From an uncultured Chloroflexia bacterium (GTDB taxonomy: Bacteria > Chloroflexota > Limnocylindria > Limnocylindrales > CSP1-4), in assembly GCA_963707215.1 (NCBI GenBank), contig CAVPPB010000003.1, positions 992,001 through 1,056,000 on the forward strand: DNA of 64,000 bases. The letters run 5' to 3'. The notes under the pieces are model-generated. The model searched no databases. It was given only the letters and a program-made list of their open reading frames with translations, and had not been told where the DNA came from. A program made the position numbers and the translations under genes. Numbering within the stretch: the stretch's first letter is position 1; every line of letters starts with the position of its first letter. Positions 39,535-49,085 of this stretch are shown here, in pieces.

Positions 39535-40601
39535 CCCGCGATCGCAGCCGGCCGCGCCTGGTGCCGCCGGCCCGCAGCCGACGACTCACCGGCTTGGTCG
39601 CCGTGCTCTGCCTGTCGATGATCCCCACCGGCACCATAGAGGCCCATGCCCCGGACCCCATCGTCGGCGGCAAGCTCTGGGCCCAGGACCAGGACGTCGG
39701 CTATGCCTGGCGATCGGGGCAGGTCCCGGATCCGTGGCTGGCCACGGCCATCAACGCCGCGGCCGGCGTGTCGAACGCCACGCGGGCGTCACGCGCCGCG
39801 CGCTTCACCTACCGGGCCGGCTCGGCCAGCCTGATCGCCTACGGCGAGCCGACCGGTTGCAGCGCGGCCGGCATCGCCTGCTTCGACCGCAGTGGCGCCC
39901 CGACGTCGTTCCGGATGTGGTTCCGGCGGCACGGGACGTGGTTCGACTGGGGCCAGCTGCGCTGGTGCGAGGCGCCCGGTGGCAGCGCCGATGGCTGCTT
40001 CGAGGCCCAGACCATCGCCCTCGACGAGCTGGGCCATGTGGAGGTCCTGGGTCATCACGCGAACTACGCGGACGACCGCGACTACCTCGACGCGGTGGTC
40101 CAGACCCTGTCCCGGGCGAAGCCGCGCGTCGGCTGGTCGTCACGCTCGTACGGCCGCTGCGACCAGGCCCGCCTCCAGCTCGAGTACGACATGGCGACCT
40201 GGTCGGCGCGGTACTCGACCTGCCTCGACCTGGCGGCCGCCGCGACGCTCGCCGCCAGCCGGACCAGCATCACGCTGGGCGATGCGGTATCGCTCACGGC
40301 GACCCTCAAGGTCGCGACGACATCGAGCTACCGGAAGCTGTCCGGCAACCCGGTCTCGGGCCGGACAGTGCAGCTCCAACGCCGCCCGGTCGGCTCGACG
40401 AGCTGGACGACGATCGTGACGATGGCCGGCGGCTCGTCCGCGGGGACCTACGTCGCCTCGGTGACCCCGAGCGCGACGGCCGACTGGCGGGTCGTAGCCA
40501 CGCCGTCCGGCGAGGGGCTCCGCTCGGCCACCTCGGCGACGATCCGGGTGGCGGTCAGCTCCTGCAGCGGAAGCCCGTGCCCCCAGCGGGCCGACCCATG
40601 A
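39531..40601 (+). CDS. Secreted metzincin-like protein with variant zinc motif and C-terminal Ig-like domain
   Basis: Signal peptide (..TIEA/HAP), IALDELGHVEVLGHH, Thr/Ser-rich beta C-terminal domain. Confidence 0.7.
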   Translation: MTRDRSRPRLVPPARSRRLTGLVAVLCLSMIPTGTIEAHAPDPIVGGKLWAQDQDVGYAWRSGQVPDPWLATAINAAAGVSNATRASRAARFTYRAGSASLIAYGEPTGCSAAGIACFDRSGAPTSFRMWFRRHGTWFDWGQLRWCEAPGGSADGCFEAQTIALDELGHVEVLGHHANYADDRDYLDAVVQTLSRAKPRVGWSSRSYGRCDQARLQLEYDMATWSARYSTCLDLAAAATLAASRTSITLGDAVSLTATLKVATTSSYRKLSGNPVSGRTVQLQRRPVGSTSWTTIVTMAGGSSAGTYVASVTPSATADWRVVATPSGEGLRSATSATIRVAVSSCSGSPCPQRADP

Positions 40602-41188
40602 GGACCGAGCATCGCGGCGTTCCGCGCGTCGCGATCGTCGTGACGGCCGCCATCCTGGCCGCAGCGCTGGCCGCCATCCTGGCCGCCGGCTGCTCGACGA
40701 CCAGGGATCGGACAGGTCCCCCGGCGGGGCGGACGCCGATCCCGACCGGCGCCTCGCCGACGGCGACGCCGACCGCCGTCGATCCGTCACCGGTCGAGCC
40801 GCCGCCGGCTTGGCTCGTCCTGCCCGACGGCCAGCGAGTGTCGGGCAAGCTCGGCAGCTGGACCCTCGACGGTGCCGGCAGCGAGGCGCCGTGGTTGCCG
40901 GCCTCTGCCCTCGCCACGATCTCGGTCCAGCCGGGCACGGCCGTCGTGATCGAGCCAGGCGGCGGCCTTGGGATCGGGGCCTGGAGGGCCGACCTGGCCA
41001 CGGCTGTCGACCCGACCGGCGCCGAGGCCCGCTGGCTGGCGGGCCGCGAGACCGACGAGCCGCCACTCGGGCAGATCGAGCTGCCGCCGCTGCCGGCGGG
41101 ATCATGGGTCGTCCGGGCGACCCTCGGCCTGGCCGGCGGGCGCGGCGATGCTGCCTACTCGTGGGCGGTCGAGGTTGCCGGCGGCTAA
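40598..41188 (+). CDS. Hypothetical lipoprotein
   Basis: LAAGC lipobox, Pro/Thr linker; ATGA overlap with the upstream gene. Confidence 0.75.
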   Translation: MRTEHRGVPRVAIVVTAAILAAALAAILAAGCSTTRDRTGPPAGRTPIPTGASPTATPTAVDPSPVEPPPAWLVLPDGQRVSGKLGSWTLDGAGSEAPWLPASALATISVQPGTAVVIEPGGGLGIGAWRADLATAVDPTGAEARWLAGRETDEPPLGQIELPPLPAGSWVVRATLGLAGGRGDAAYSWAVEVAGG

Positions 41189-41219
41189 GCCGCCGGCACG
41201 GACCGGGTCGGCCGGGGCG

Positions 41220-41495
41220 TCAGGCCTCGACGGGCTCGGCCGCGCTGAAGATCGACACCTGGGCCTCCTCGGGCAGCATGATGCCGAGGATCTTCTGGAG
41301 AGCGAGAAGGTGGACGCAGGCGCCCCAACTCTCGAAGTAGTGGCACGTGCAATGCCAGCGACCGGCGTCGAGACCGACGTGATGGGTGTCGTTGTCGCCG
41401 CGGAACGTCACGGATAGACGATCGATGGTGATCCGATCGAGTTCCCGAGCGTAGCAATTCGCCTTCTCGACCTTGCCGATCAGGGAGCTGTGCAT
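41220..41495 (-). CDS. Small SWIM-type zinc-finger protein
   Basis: MHSSLIGKVEKA...WHCTCHYFESWGACVH (CxC-x8-CxH); GGAGG SD. Confidence 0.8.
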   Translation of the reverse strand: MHSSLIGKVEKANCYARELDRITIDRLSVTFRGDNDTHHVGLDAGRWHCTCHYFESWGACVHLLALQKILGIMLPEEAQVSIFSAAEPVEA

Positions 41496-41646
41496 CGCGG
41501 GTAGACCTCCGTCGCCCGAGGGCGTCCAGGGGGCGACCGTCCGACTGCGCTCCACAAGGGCCGGTGATGGCCGCCGCTCCCAGAGACTACACCCGTCAGG
41601 TGCCCGACGATACCCCGGACGGACGCCGTGCCGGTGGGGTCGCGGG

Positions 41647-42030
41647 CTACGGGACGGAGGTCCCCTGGCGACCGTAGTCGTCCTCGAGCCGGACCACGTC
41701 GTCGAGCTCGGGAGTGGAGACCTCCATGAGCTCGGTCGTCTCGATCGCCTCGTAGCGGTGGATCCGCCCGGTGGCCACCCGCCGATGCTCGCCGGGGCCG
41801 ATCTCGCTGACCGCGACGACGCCGTCGTCGCCCTCGAGGTACAGCCGCAGCAGGCCCGACAGGACGTAGATCAATTCGTCCTTGACCAGGTGCTTCTGGA
41901 GCGAGAGCCGCTGGCCGGCGTCGATATGGAGGAGCTTGCCGACGTAGTGGTCGGTCTCGGCCCAGATGGACTCGAAGCCCCAGGGCTTGGCGACGCGTCG
42001 GCCGCCGGCGTCGACCGGACCGGCGCTCAT
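41647..42030 (-). CDS. Cupin, stand-alone type II mannose-6-phosphate isomerase-like domain
   Basis: KPWGFE, GQRLSLQKH..KDE, EVSTPELDDVVRLEDDYGR. Confidence 0.85.
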   Translation of the reverse strand: MSAGPVDAGGRRVAKPWGFESIWAETDHYVGKLLHIDAGQRLSLQKHLVKDELIYVLSGLLRLYLEGDDGVVAVSEIGPGEHRRVATGRIHRYEAIETTELMEVSTPELDDVVRLEDDYGRQGTSVP

Positions 42031-43508
42031 CGCCCGCGGACCAGCCGCTCACCGGCAGCGATGAGCGCGTCGCGGGTCTCGGGCGAGGTGGCCTCCGTGT
42101 AGACCCGGACCAACGGCTCGGTGCCGCTCGACCGCACCAGCAGCCAGGAGCCGTCGCCGACGAAGAACTTGTAGCCGTCGTTGGTCTCGAGCGGCAACGT
42201 CCGGACGACGTCCTGGCCATCGAGGGTCTCGGGCGCGTGCTCACGGAGGTCGACCAGGAGGCGCTGCTTGACGGCTGCGTACTCCGATCGATCGAAGTGG
42301 ACGTCGATGCGCCGGTAGAACGAGGGCCCGGCGATCTCGTGGAAATGCTCGATGGCCCGCGACGCGGGCCATCGGCCGGCGGCGCGCTCCTTGAGGAACA
42401 GGTCCAGGAGCAGCAGGTCGGCGTAGATGCCGTCCCGCTCGGGCAGGTGCATCCCGAACCCGTAGCCGCCCGACTCCTCGGCGCCCATCATCGCCCCGGT
42501 CTCGAGCATCCGGGGACCGATGAACTTGAAGCCGACCGAGGTTTCGTGGACGTCGATGCCGTAGCGCTCACCCAGCCGCGGCGCCATCGACGTGTTGTTG
42601 ACGCTCTCGACGACCGGCTGGCGGAGGCTCCGATGCTCGGCCAGGTAGTACATCAGCAGGCCGGTGACCTGGAGCTGGTGGATGAAGGTGCCCTGCTCGT
42701 CGGCCGCTCCTGCCCGGTCGGCGTCGCCGTCGAGGAACAGGCCCAGGTCGTAGTCGCCGGCCTCCAGCATCCCCAGGGCCTCGTCGAGCCAGGGCCGGAT
42801 CGGCTCCGGGTTGATGCCGCCGAAGTACGGGTTGCGCTCCCGGTGGATCTCGGTCACCTGGATCCGCCCCCCGGAGAGGAGCCGCGGGATCCAGCCGGCG
42901 CCGGAGCCGTACATCGGGTCGACGAGGACCTTGACGTCGGCGTCCCGGAGCGCGTCGAGGTCGAGCGTCCGGCGGACGAACCGCTCGTACCCGGCGAAGG
43001 GGTCGAAGCGCTCGATCAGGCCGGCCGCCTCTCCCTCGGCGAACGGACGCCGGTCGATCGCCCGGCCGGCGTTCTCGGCGATGGCGCCCTCGATGACGGC
43101 CAGGATCTCCGGGCCGGCCGCCGACCCGGTCGGGGCCTTGACCTTGAAGCCATTGTCCGTCCACGGGTTGTGGCTGGCCGTGATGACGATGCCGGCCGCC
43201 GCGCCTCGCTCTACGACCTCGTAGGACGACATCTGGGTCGGCACGGCCTCGACCGCGAAGACGACCGGGATGTCATGAGCCGTCACGACCTCGGCGGCGG
43301 CCATGGCGAAGTGCTCCGAGGCGAACCGACGGTCGTAGGCGATGACGACGCCGCGGCTCGCGGCACCCTGCTCCGTCACCAGCCGGGCCACGCCGTCGGC
43401 GCAGCGCCGGACGCTTTCGAAGGTGAACTCATCGGCGATGCGGGCCCGCCAGCCGTCGGTGCCGAAGACGATCCTCGTCGGCTCGGGACGTTCGGAGATG
43501 ATGCTCAC
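42027..43508 (-). CDS. Phosphoglucomutase/phosphomannomutase family protein
   Basis: FGTDGWR, ITASHNP, DGDADR, GAEESGG, RSSGTEP. Confidence 0.93.
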   Translation of the reverse strand: MSIISERPEPTRIVFGTDGWRARIADEFTFESVRRCADGVARLVTEQGAASRGVVIAYDRRFASEHFAMAAAEVVTAHDIPVVFAVEAVPTQMSSYEVVERGAAAGIVITASHNPWTDNGFKVKAPTGSAAGPEILAVIEGAIAENAGRAIDRRPFAEGEAAGLIERFDPFAGYERFVRRTLDLDALRDADVKVLVDPMYGSGAGWIPRLLSGGRIQVTEIHRERNPYFGGINPEPIRPWLDEALGMLEAGDYDLGLFLDGDADRAGAADEQGTFIHQLQVTGLLMYYLAEHRSLRQPVVESVNNTSMAPRLGERYGIDVHETSVGFKFIGPRMLETGAMMGAEESGGYGFGMHLPERDGIYADLLLLDLFLKERAAGRWPASRAIEHFHEIAGPSFYRRIDVHFDRSEYAAVKQRLLVDLREHAPETLDGQDVVRTLPLETNDGYKFFVGDGSWLLVRSSGTEPLVRVYTEATSPETRDALIAAGERLVRGR

Positions 43509-44635
43509 GCGGTGGCCTCCCTGGGGCTGCAGCGGTCGAGGAGCGACTCCACGAGCGGGCGGTCGGACCGGGCACCGGAGAGCAGGGCCACCGGGCCGTC
43601 GGGGTCGAGGATACCGTCCCGTGGCCCGACCCCGATCCCGAGCCGGTCGCCCGCGCGGAAGACGACCAGGTCGTCCGGCCCGACCGTCGCCGACTCGCCC
43701 GGCTGGACGACCCGCCCGCTGCCAGTCGCCCCGACCGCCGCGAGCAAGGCCGCCCAGCCCCCGAGGTCGCTCCAGCCGACGTCCATCGCCGCGCTGACGA
43801 CCCGCCCGTCAGCGGCGGCAGGTTCCATCACCGCGAAGTCGATCGACGTGGCCCGGACCGAATCGTAGACGTCGGCCAGGCGGTCCTCCGCAAGACCCCT
43901 GCGGATCGGCCCGATCACGTCCGGGGCGAACGTCTCCAGGGCATCCACGATCGCGCGGCGCCGCCACAGGAACATGCCCGCGTTCCAGGCGGTCCCGGGC
44001 TCCTCGAGCAGGACCACGGCGCGCTCGGCCGTGGGCTTCTCCTCGAAGCGAAGCAGCGGGCTGGCGGCCAGCCGTTGAGCCGACGCCACGGCCATGGCCT
44101 CCATCCGCGCCGGGTCGGGGACGAGGTAGCCATACTCGGTAGCCGGTCGGTCCGGCCGGATCCCCAGGGTGACCAGCGGCGATCCTATGCCGAACGCACC
44201 GCGGGCGAGCCGGGCGGCAGCTGCCAGCGTGCGCCGGAACCCGAGCTCATCGCCGATGACATGGTCGGCCGGCAGGACGACCATGACGTCGTCCGGGTCG
44301 CCGGAGCGGACGAGGGCAGCCAGGGCGATCGCCGGGGCCGTGTTCCGCCCGACCGGCTCCTCGATGACCGCCACGTCGGGTAGCTGGGACCGGACCAGTG
44401 GTACGTACCGCTCGGCGACGACGATGGCCACCCTGGAAGGATCCTCGACGCACGGATCCGGACCGTCCGTCAGCCGGAGGACGGTCCGCTGGAGCAGCGT
44501 CGGCGCCCTGCCGTCGGGACCGGGCTCCAGGAGCGGCAGGAACGGCTTGGGTCGCGCGGGCGTGCTGAGGGGGTGGAGCCGCGTGCCGCCGCCCCCCGCG
44601 AGGATCACGACATCGATCGGCTGCTGGGTGTCCAT
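43505..44635 (-). CDS. manC: Mannose-1-phosphate guanylyltransferase
   Basis: VILAGGGGTRLHPLS..PKPF, EPVGRNTAPA, LPADH, FEEKP, WNAGMF, SIDFAVME, GWSDLG. Confidence 0.9.
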   Translation of the reverse strand: MDTQQPIDVVILAGGGGTRLHPLSTPARPKPFLPLLEPGPDGRAPTLLQRTVLRLTDGPDPCVEDPSRVAIVVAERYVPLVRSQLPDVAVIEEPVGRNTAPAIALAALVRSGDPDDVMVVLPADHVIGDELGFRRTLAAAARLARGAFGIGSPLVTLGIRPDRPATEYGYLVPDPARMEAMAVASAQRLAASPLLRFEEKPTAERAVVLLEEPGTAWNAGMFLWRRRAIVDALETFAPDVIGPIRRGLAEDRLADVYDSVRATSIDFAVMEPAAADGRVVSAAMDVGWSDLGGWAALLAAVGATGSGRVVQPGESATVGPDDLVVFRAGDRLGIGVGPRDGILDPDGPVALLSGARSDRPLVESLLDRCSPREATA

Positions 44636-44705
44636 CGAGACGGCGATTCTACGCGCCGCGGGGGTGCTGCCCGCCCGAGCCGGCGCGCGAACCGGTGCTT
44701 CCGCG

Positions 44706-44735
44706 TTGACGCGGTCCATGCCGGCCGCCTACCAT
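44706..44735 (+). promoter_or_regulatory. Sigma70-like promoter TTGACG-18 nt-TACCAT for the polyamine ABC operon
   Basis: Near-consensus -35 and -10 in the manC/potA intergenic region. Confidence 0.6.
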
Positions 44736-44790
44736 GCCGCCACCCTCCAGCCCGCTGCGGGGATGGGCCGTCGACGTCGGAAGCGCGAGG

Positions 44791-45975
44791 ATGCCGGTGT
44801 CCGCTCCTGCCACCAGCCCCGCGGGGGCCAGCGCTCCAGCTAGCCGACACGGCGCCGCGGCGGCGGCCGACGTCGAGATCGTGGGCGTGACCAAGCGCTT
44901 CGGGGCGGTCACCGCCGTCGACACCATGGACCTGAGCATCGACCGCGGCGAGTTCTACTCGTTCCTCGGGCCGTCAGGCTGCGGCAAGACGACGACCCTC
45001 CGGATGATCGCTGGCTTCGAGAAGCCGACCGCCGGTGAGATCTTCCTCGAGGGCCAGCCGATCGCCGGGGTGCCGCCGTACCGGCGGAACGTCAACACGG
45101 TCTTCCAGCACTACGCGCTCTTCCCACACATGGACGTCGCACAGAACGTCGGCTACGGCCTTCGCCAGCGAGGGGTCAAGAAGGACGAGGAGAAGCGGCG
45201 CGTCGCCGAGGCACTCGAGCTGGTCCGCCTGGCCGGCTACGGCGACCGGCGGACCTGGGAGATGTCCGGTGGCCAGCAGCAGCGGGTCGCCCTGGCCCGG
45301 GCGCTCGTCAACCATCCCACCGTCCTCCTGCTCGACGAGCCGCTCGGCGCGCTCGACCGCAAGCTCCGCCACGAGATGCAGATCGAATTGAAGGCCCTCC
45401 AGCGCGAGGTCGGGATCACGTTCGTCTACGTGACCCACGACCAGGAGGAGGCGCTGACCATGAGCGACGTCATCGTCGTCATGCGCGATGGGCGCATCCA
45501 GCAGCAGGGCTCGCCTGAAGAGCTCTACCAGCGGCCGGTGAACCGGTTCGTGGCCGGGTTCATGGGCTCCTCCAACTTCTTCGAGGCCAAGGTCGTCGAC
45601 CAGGACCGGGCGGGCGGGACCGCCAGGGTCGAGACGGCCAGCGGCGTGAGGATGGTCGGCACCGTGACCGACCGCGATGCGCTGCTGAAGGCCGGGGACC
45701 CGGTCACCGTTGCAGTCAGGCCGGAGCGGTTCCGGCTCGAGCCCGGGGACACGACCGGCGAGACCGAGGACGCCTGGACGACGATCCCCGGCCGGGTCGC
45801 CCAGGGCACCTACCTGGGTGACCAGACTGAGTACCGGGTCGCCACCGACGCCGTCGGCGAGCTGGTCATCCGCCGCCAGAACGAGACAGCGGACGAGCAC
45901 CTCCGGGGTTTCGGCCCCGGCGAACCGGTCGTGATGTCCTGGCATCGCGACGCCAATCTCGTCCTGGCCACCTGA
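44791..45975 (+). CDS. potA: Polyamine ABC transporter ATP-binding protein
   Basis: GPSGCGKTT, NTVFQHYALFPH, MSGGQQQR, LLLDEP, TOBE-like tail. Start approximate. Confidence 0.9.
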   Translation: MPVSAPATSPAGASAPASRHGAAAAADVEIVGVTKRFGAVTAVDTMDLSIDRGEFYSFLGPSGCGKTTTLRMIAGFEKPTAGEIFLEGQPIAGVPPYRRNVNTVFQHYALFPHMDVAQNVGYGLRQRGVKKDEEKRRVAEALELVRLAGYGDRRTWEMSGGQQQRVALARALVNHPTVLLLDEPLGALDRKLRHEMQIELKALQREVGITFVYVTHDQEEALTMSDVIVVMRDGRIQQQGSPEELYQRPVNRFVAGFMGSSNFFEAKVVDQDRAGGTARVETASGVRMVGTVTDRDALLKAGDPVTVAVRPERFRLEPGDTTGETEDAWTTIPGRVAQGTYLGDQTEYRVATDAVGELVIRRQNETADEHLRGFGPGEPVVMSWHRDANLVLAT

Positions 45976-46032
45976 GGCCGGGACCGAGGACCGAGGTCGC
46001 CGGGCAGCGTCCCGGCCGAGGAGGAGAGACTC

Positions 46033-47163
46033 GTGGACGATCTGAACAGGCTCCTTGCGAAGCCGGTCAATCGGCGATCGTTCCTGGCGGCCGCCGGCTT
46101 GACCGGAGCGGGTGTGGTCCTCGCGGCCTGCTCGTCCGACGGCGACGGCAACGGCGGGGGCGGCGGCAGCGACGTCGAGGACGCCCTCTACGTCTACAAC
46201 TGGTCGGACTACATCAACCCGGACAACATCGAGAAGTTCAAGGAAGAGTTCGGGGTCAACGAATTCATCTACGACATCTTCGCCAACAACGAGGAGCTGC
46301 TGGCCAAGCTCCAGGGTGGCGCCTCGGCCTACGACATCGCCTGCCCGACCGCCGAGTACATCCCGGCGATGCGAGAGGGCGGCTTCCTCGAGAAGCTCGA
46401 CCTGTCGCGTCTCCCGAACCTCCAAAACATCAACGAGACATTCAAGGGCCTCGCCTGGGACCCCACGGACGAGTACCAGGTGCCGAAGGACTACGGCACG
46501 ACCGGACTGCTCTACCGTTCGAAGCTGGTCAAGGAACCGTTGGACTCGTGGGCCGACTTCTTCGAGCTCGCCAAGGGGCCGTACAGCGGCAAGATCGTCG
46601 TCGTCGACTCGATGGGCGACGTCTTCGCGTTCCCGCTCAAGATGCTGGGCTACTCGCTCAACTCGGTCGACCCGGACGAGCTCGAGGAAGCGCGCAAGAT
46701 CCTGCTTGACCTGGCGCCGCACGTCGTCGCCCTCGACTCGGACCTCTACGGCGACAAGCTCGCCAGCGAGGAGGCGGCCATCGCCCTCGCCTGGACCGGC
46801 CCGCTCGTCGAACTCCGGGACAACCCGGAAACGGCCGACGCCGCCTGGGTGAACCCGTCAGAGGGGACCCTGTTCTGGCTCGACGTCTGGTGCATGCTGG
46901 CTGACGCGCCGCACCCGAATGCCTCGTATGCCTGGCTCGATTTCATCCATCGGCCGGAGATCCAGGGTGACGAGACGAACTACAACGGCTACGCGACGCC
47001 GAGCGACGCCGCCAAGGAGTTCGTCGACCCGGAGATCCTGGCCGACCCGGCGATCTTCCCGTCGGACGAGGTCATCGCGAAGCTCGAGGGCGCCGAGGAC
47101 ACCTCCGGCAACAACCAGCGGATCGAGATCTGGGAGGAGTTCAAGTCGAAGGTCGGCGGCTGA
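46033..47163 (+). CDS. potD: Polyamine-binding protein (Tat lipoprotein)
   Basis: NRRSFL twin-arginine plus LAAC, YNWSDYI, NEELLAKL, PSEGTLFWLD. Confidence 0.88.
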   Translation: MDDLNRLLAKPVNRRSFLAAAGLTGAGVVLAACSSDGDGNGGGGGSDVEDALYVYNWSDYINPDNIEKFKEEFGVNEFIYDIFANNEELLAKLQGGASAYDIACPTAEYIPAMREGGFLEKLDLSRLPNLQNINETFKGLAWDPTDEYQVPKDYGTTGLLYRSKLVKEPLDSWADFFELAKGPYSGKIVVVDSMGDVFAFPLKMLGYSLNSVDPDELEEARKILLDLAPHVVALDSDLYGDKLASEEAAIALAWTGPLVELRDNPETADAAWVNPSEGTLFWLDVWCMLADAPHPNASYAWLDFIHRPEIQGDETNYNGYATPSDAAKEFVDPEILADPAIFPSDEVIAKLEGAEDTSGNNQRIEIWEEFKSKVGG

Positions 47164-47191
47164 CCCGGATCCAGCCGATCACCCACCGACG

Positions 47192-48105
47192 ATGACGACG
47201 CTCACCGAGGCGGCACCGGCCGCCCAGGCGCCACCGGAGCCGAAGGAGCCCGGTCGCTGGAAGGGCGGGCTGCTGACGTTCCTGCTCATCCTGCCGGCCA
47301 GCTTCTGGTACTTCGTCCTGCTGCTGGTGCCGCTGGCGATCGTCGTCGTCTTCAGCTTCGGGACCCGGGCTCCGAACGGCGGCTACGCCCCGGACTTCAC
47401 CTTCAAGAACTACGCCGACGCGATCCAGAACCCGGATCCGTTCTTCCTGAGCCTCCGCCTCGCCTTCATGGGCACGCTGCTCTGCCTCTTTGTCGGGCTT
47501 CCGTTCGCCTATTTCCTGGCGACGCGCGCCGGCAATCGGAAGGGCCTGCTCATCCTGCTCATCGTCATCCCCTTCTGGACGAGCTTCCTCATCCGGACGT
47601 ACGCATGGCTGACGATCCTGGGCCCGAATTCCTTGCTGACTGGATCGGCTCCGTCACCGGCATCGAGGATTTCCGCATCCTCGGCTCCGAGGCTGCCGTC
47701 CTGGTCGGGATCGTCTACGGCTACCTGCCGCTGATGGTCTTCCCCTTGTTCGTCTCGCTCGAGCGGATGGACCGCAGCCTCGTCGAGGCCTCCAAGGACC
47801 TCGGGGCCGGGCGCTGGGCGACGTTCCGCCAGATCACCTTCCCGATCGCCCTGCCGGGGATCATCACCGGGTCGATCCTCGTGTTCATCCCGCTCATGGG
47901 CGAGTACGTCATCCCGGCGATCCTGGGCTACGGCCGCGTCTACCTCGTCGGTAATGCCCTGGTGACCAAATTCCTCGACGCCCGGAACTGGCCAGCCGGT
48001 GCGGCCCAGGCCGTCGGGCTGATCCTCATCATGTTCGTGACGATCACGTTCTACATGTGGTCGCTGAACCGCGGTCGCAAGACTCGCCAGATGAACGTCC
48101 TGTGA
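47192..48105 (+). CDS. potB: Polyamine ABC permease (apparent frameshift ~47630)
   Basis: IPFWTSFLIRTYAW; YLPLMVFP, SLVEASKDLGA, RNWP in the second frame. Confidence 0.87.
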
Positions 48106-49049
48106 GCGCGCCCGCCATCCCAGCCAAGACCTCCGTCGCCGACGCCGGACGGAGCAGCAGCCGGGGCAGCCGCTTCGATGTCGACCGGCTCGTGAACCTC
48201 GGCTTCCGCGGCCAGGCGAGCCTCGTCTACCTGTTCCTCTACCTGCCGATCCTCGTCGTCGTCATCTTCAGCTTCAACGCCAACTCGCTGGCGACGGTCT
48301 GGACCGAATTCGACCTGAAGTGGTACGAGGTGGCGCTCAGTGACCCGGTCGTCCACCGGGCCCTTCAGAACAGCTTCATCGTCGCCATCTTCACCGCGAC
48401 CATCGCGACGACGGTCGGGACCATGGCGGCGCTCGGCCTGCAGCGGGTCCCGCGGGGCGTCCGGGCCCTCTACGACGGGCTGACCTACGTCTCGATCATC
48501 ATCCCGGAAGTCGTCATCGCCCTGGCGACGCTCGTCTTCTTCGCCCAGTCGTTCGACCTGCTCAACCCGATCCTCGGGGCGGCCGGGATCAAGCTGAACT
48601 TCGGGCACCCGACGATCATCGCGGCCCATGTCCTCTGGAACCTCAGCCTGGTCCTGCTCCTCGTCCGGGCACGGCTCGCGGGCATGGACCGGACGCAGGT
48701 CGAGGCCAGCTTCGACCTGTACGCGACCCCATGGCGGACCTTCCGCCAGGTGACGCTGCCGGCTCTGCTCCCGGCGATCGTGGCCGGGTTCCTGCTCGCG
48801 TTCACCTTCAGCTTCGATGACTACGTCATCACGTCGTTCGTGTCAGGGCCCGGGTCGTCCACGCTGCCGCTGTTCATCTTCGGCCAGATCAAGCGCGGGG
48901 TGACGCCGGAGACGAATGCGGTCGCCACGATGATCCTGGCGTTCACGATCGGCATCCTGCTCCTGGGCCAGGTGCTCCTGGCCTGGTCCGCCCGCCGGCG
49001 CGGCGGCTCCGGCGACTCGATGGCCGCGATCGTCGCCCAGCAGCGCTAG
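48102..49049 (+). CDS. potC: Polyamine ABC permease
   Basis: FLYLPI..FSFN, IPEVV, EASFDLYA, SFDDYVIT, TLPLFI, TPETNA. Confidence 0.9.
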   Translation: MSAPAIPAKTSVADAGRSSSRGSRFDVDRLVNLGFRGQASLVYLFLYLPILVVVIFSFNANSLATVWTEFDLKWYEVALSDPVVHRALQNSFIVAIFTATIATTVGTMAALGLQRVPRGVRALYDGLTYVSIIIPEVVIALATLVFFAQSFDLLNPILGAAGIKLNFGHPTIIAAHVLWNLSLVLLLVRARLAGMDRTQVEASFDLYATPWRTFRQVTLPALLPAIVAGFLLAFTFSFDDYVITSFVSGPGSSTLPLFIFGQIKRGVTPETNAVATMILAFTIGILLLGQVLLAWSARRRGGSGDSMAAIVAQQR

Positions 49050-49085
49050 CGGGGCGACGCGCAGGACCAGCGGAGCCCCGGGGCC

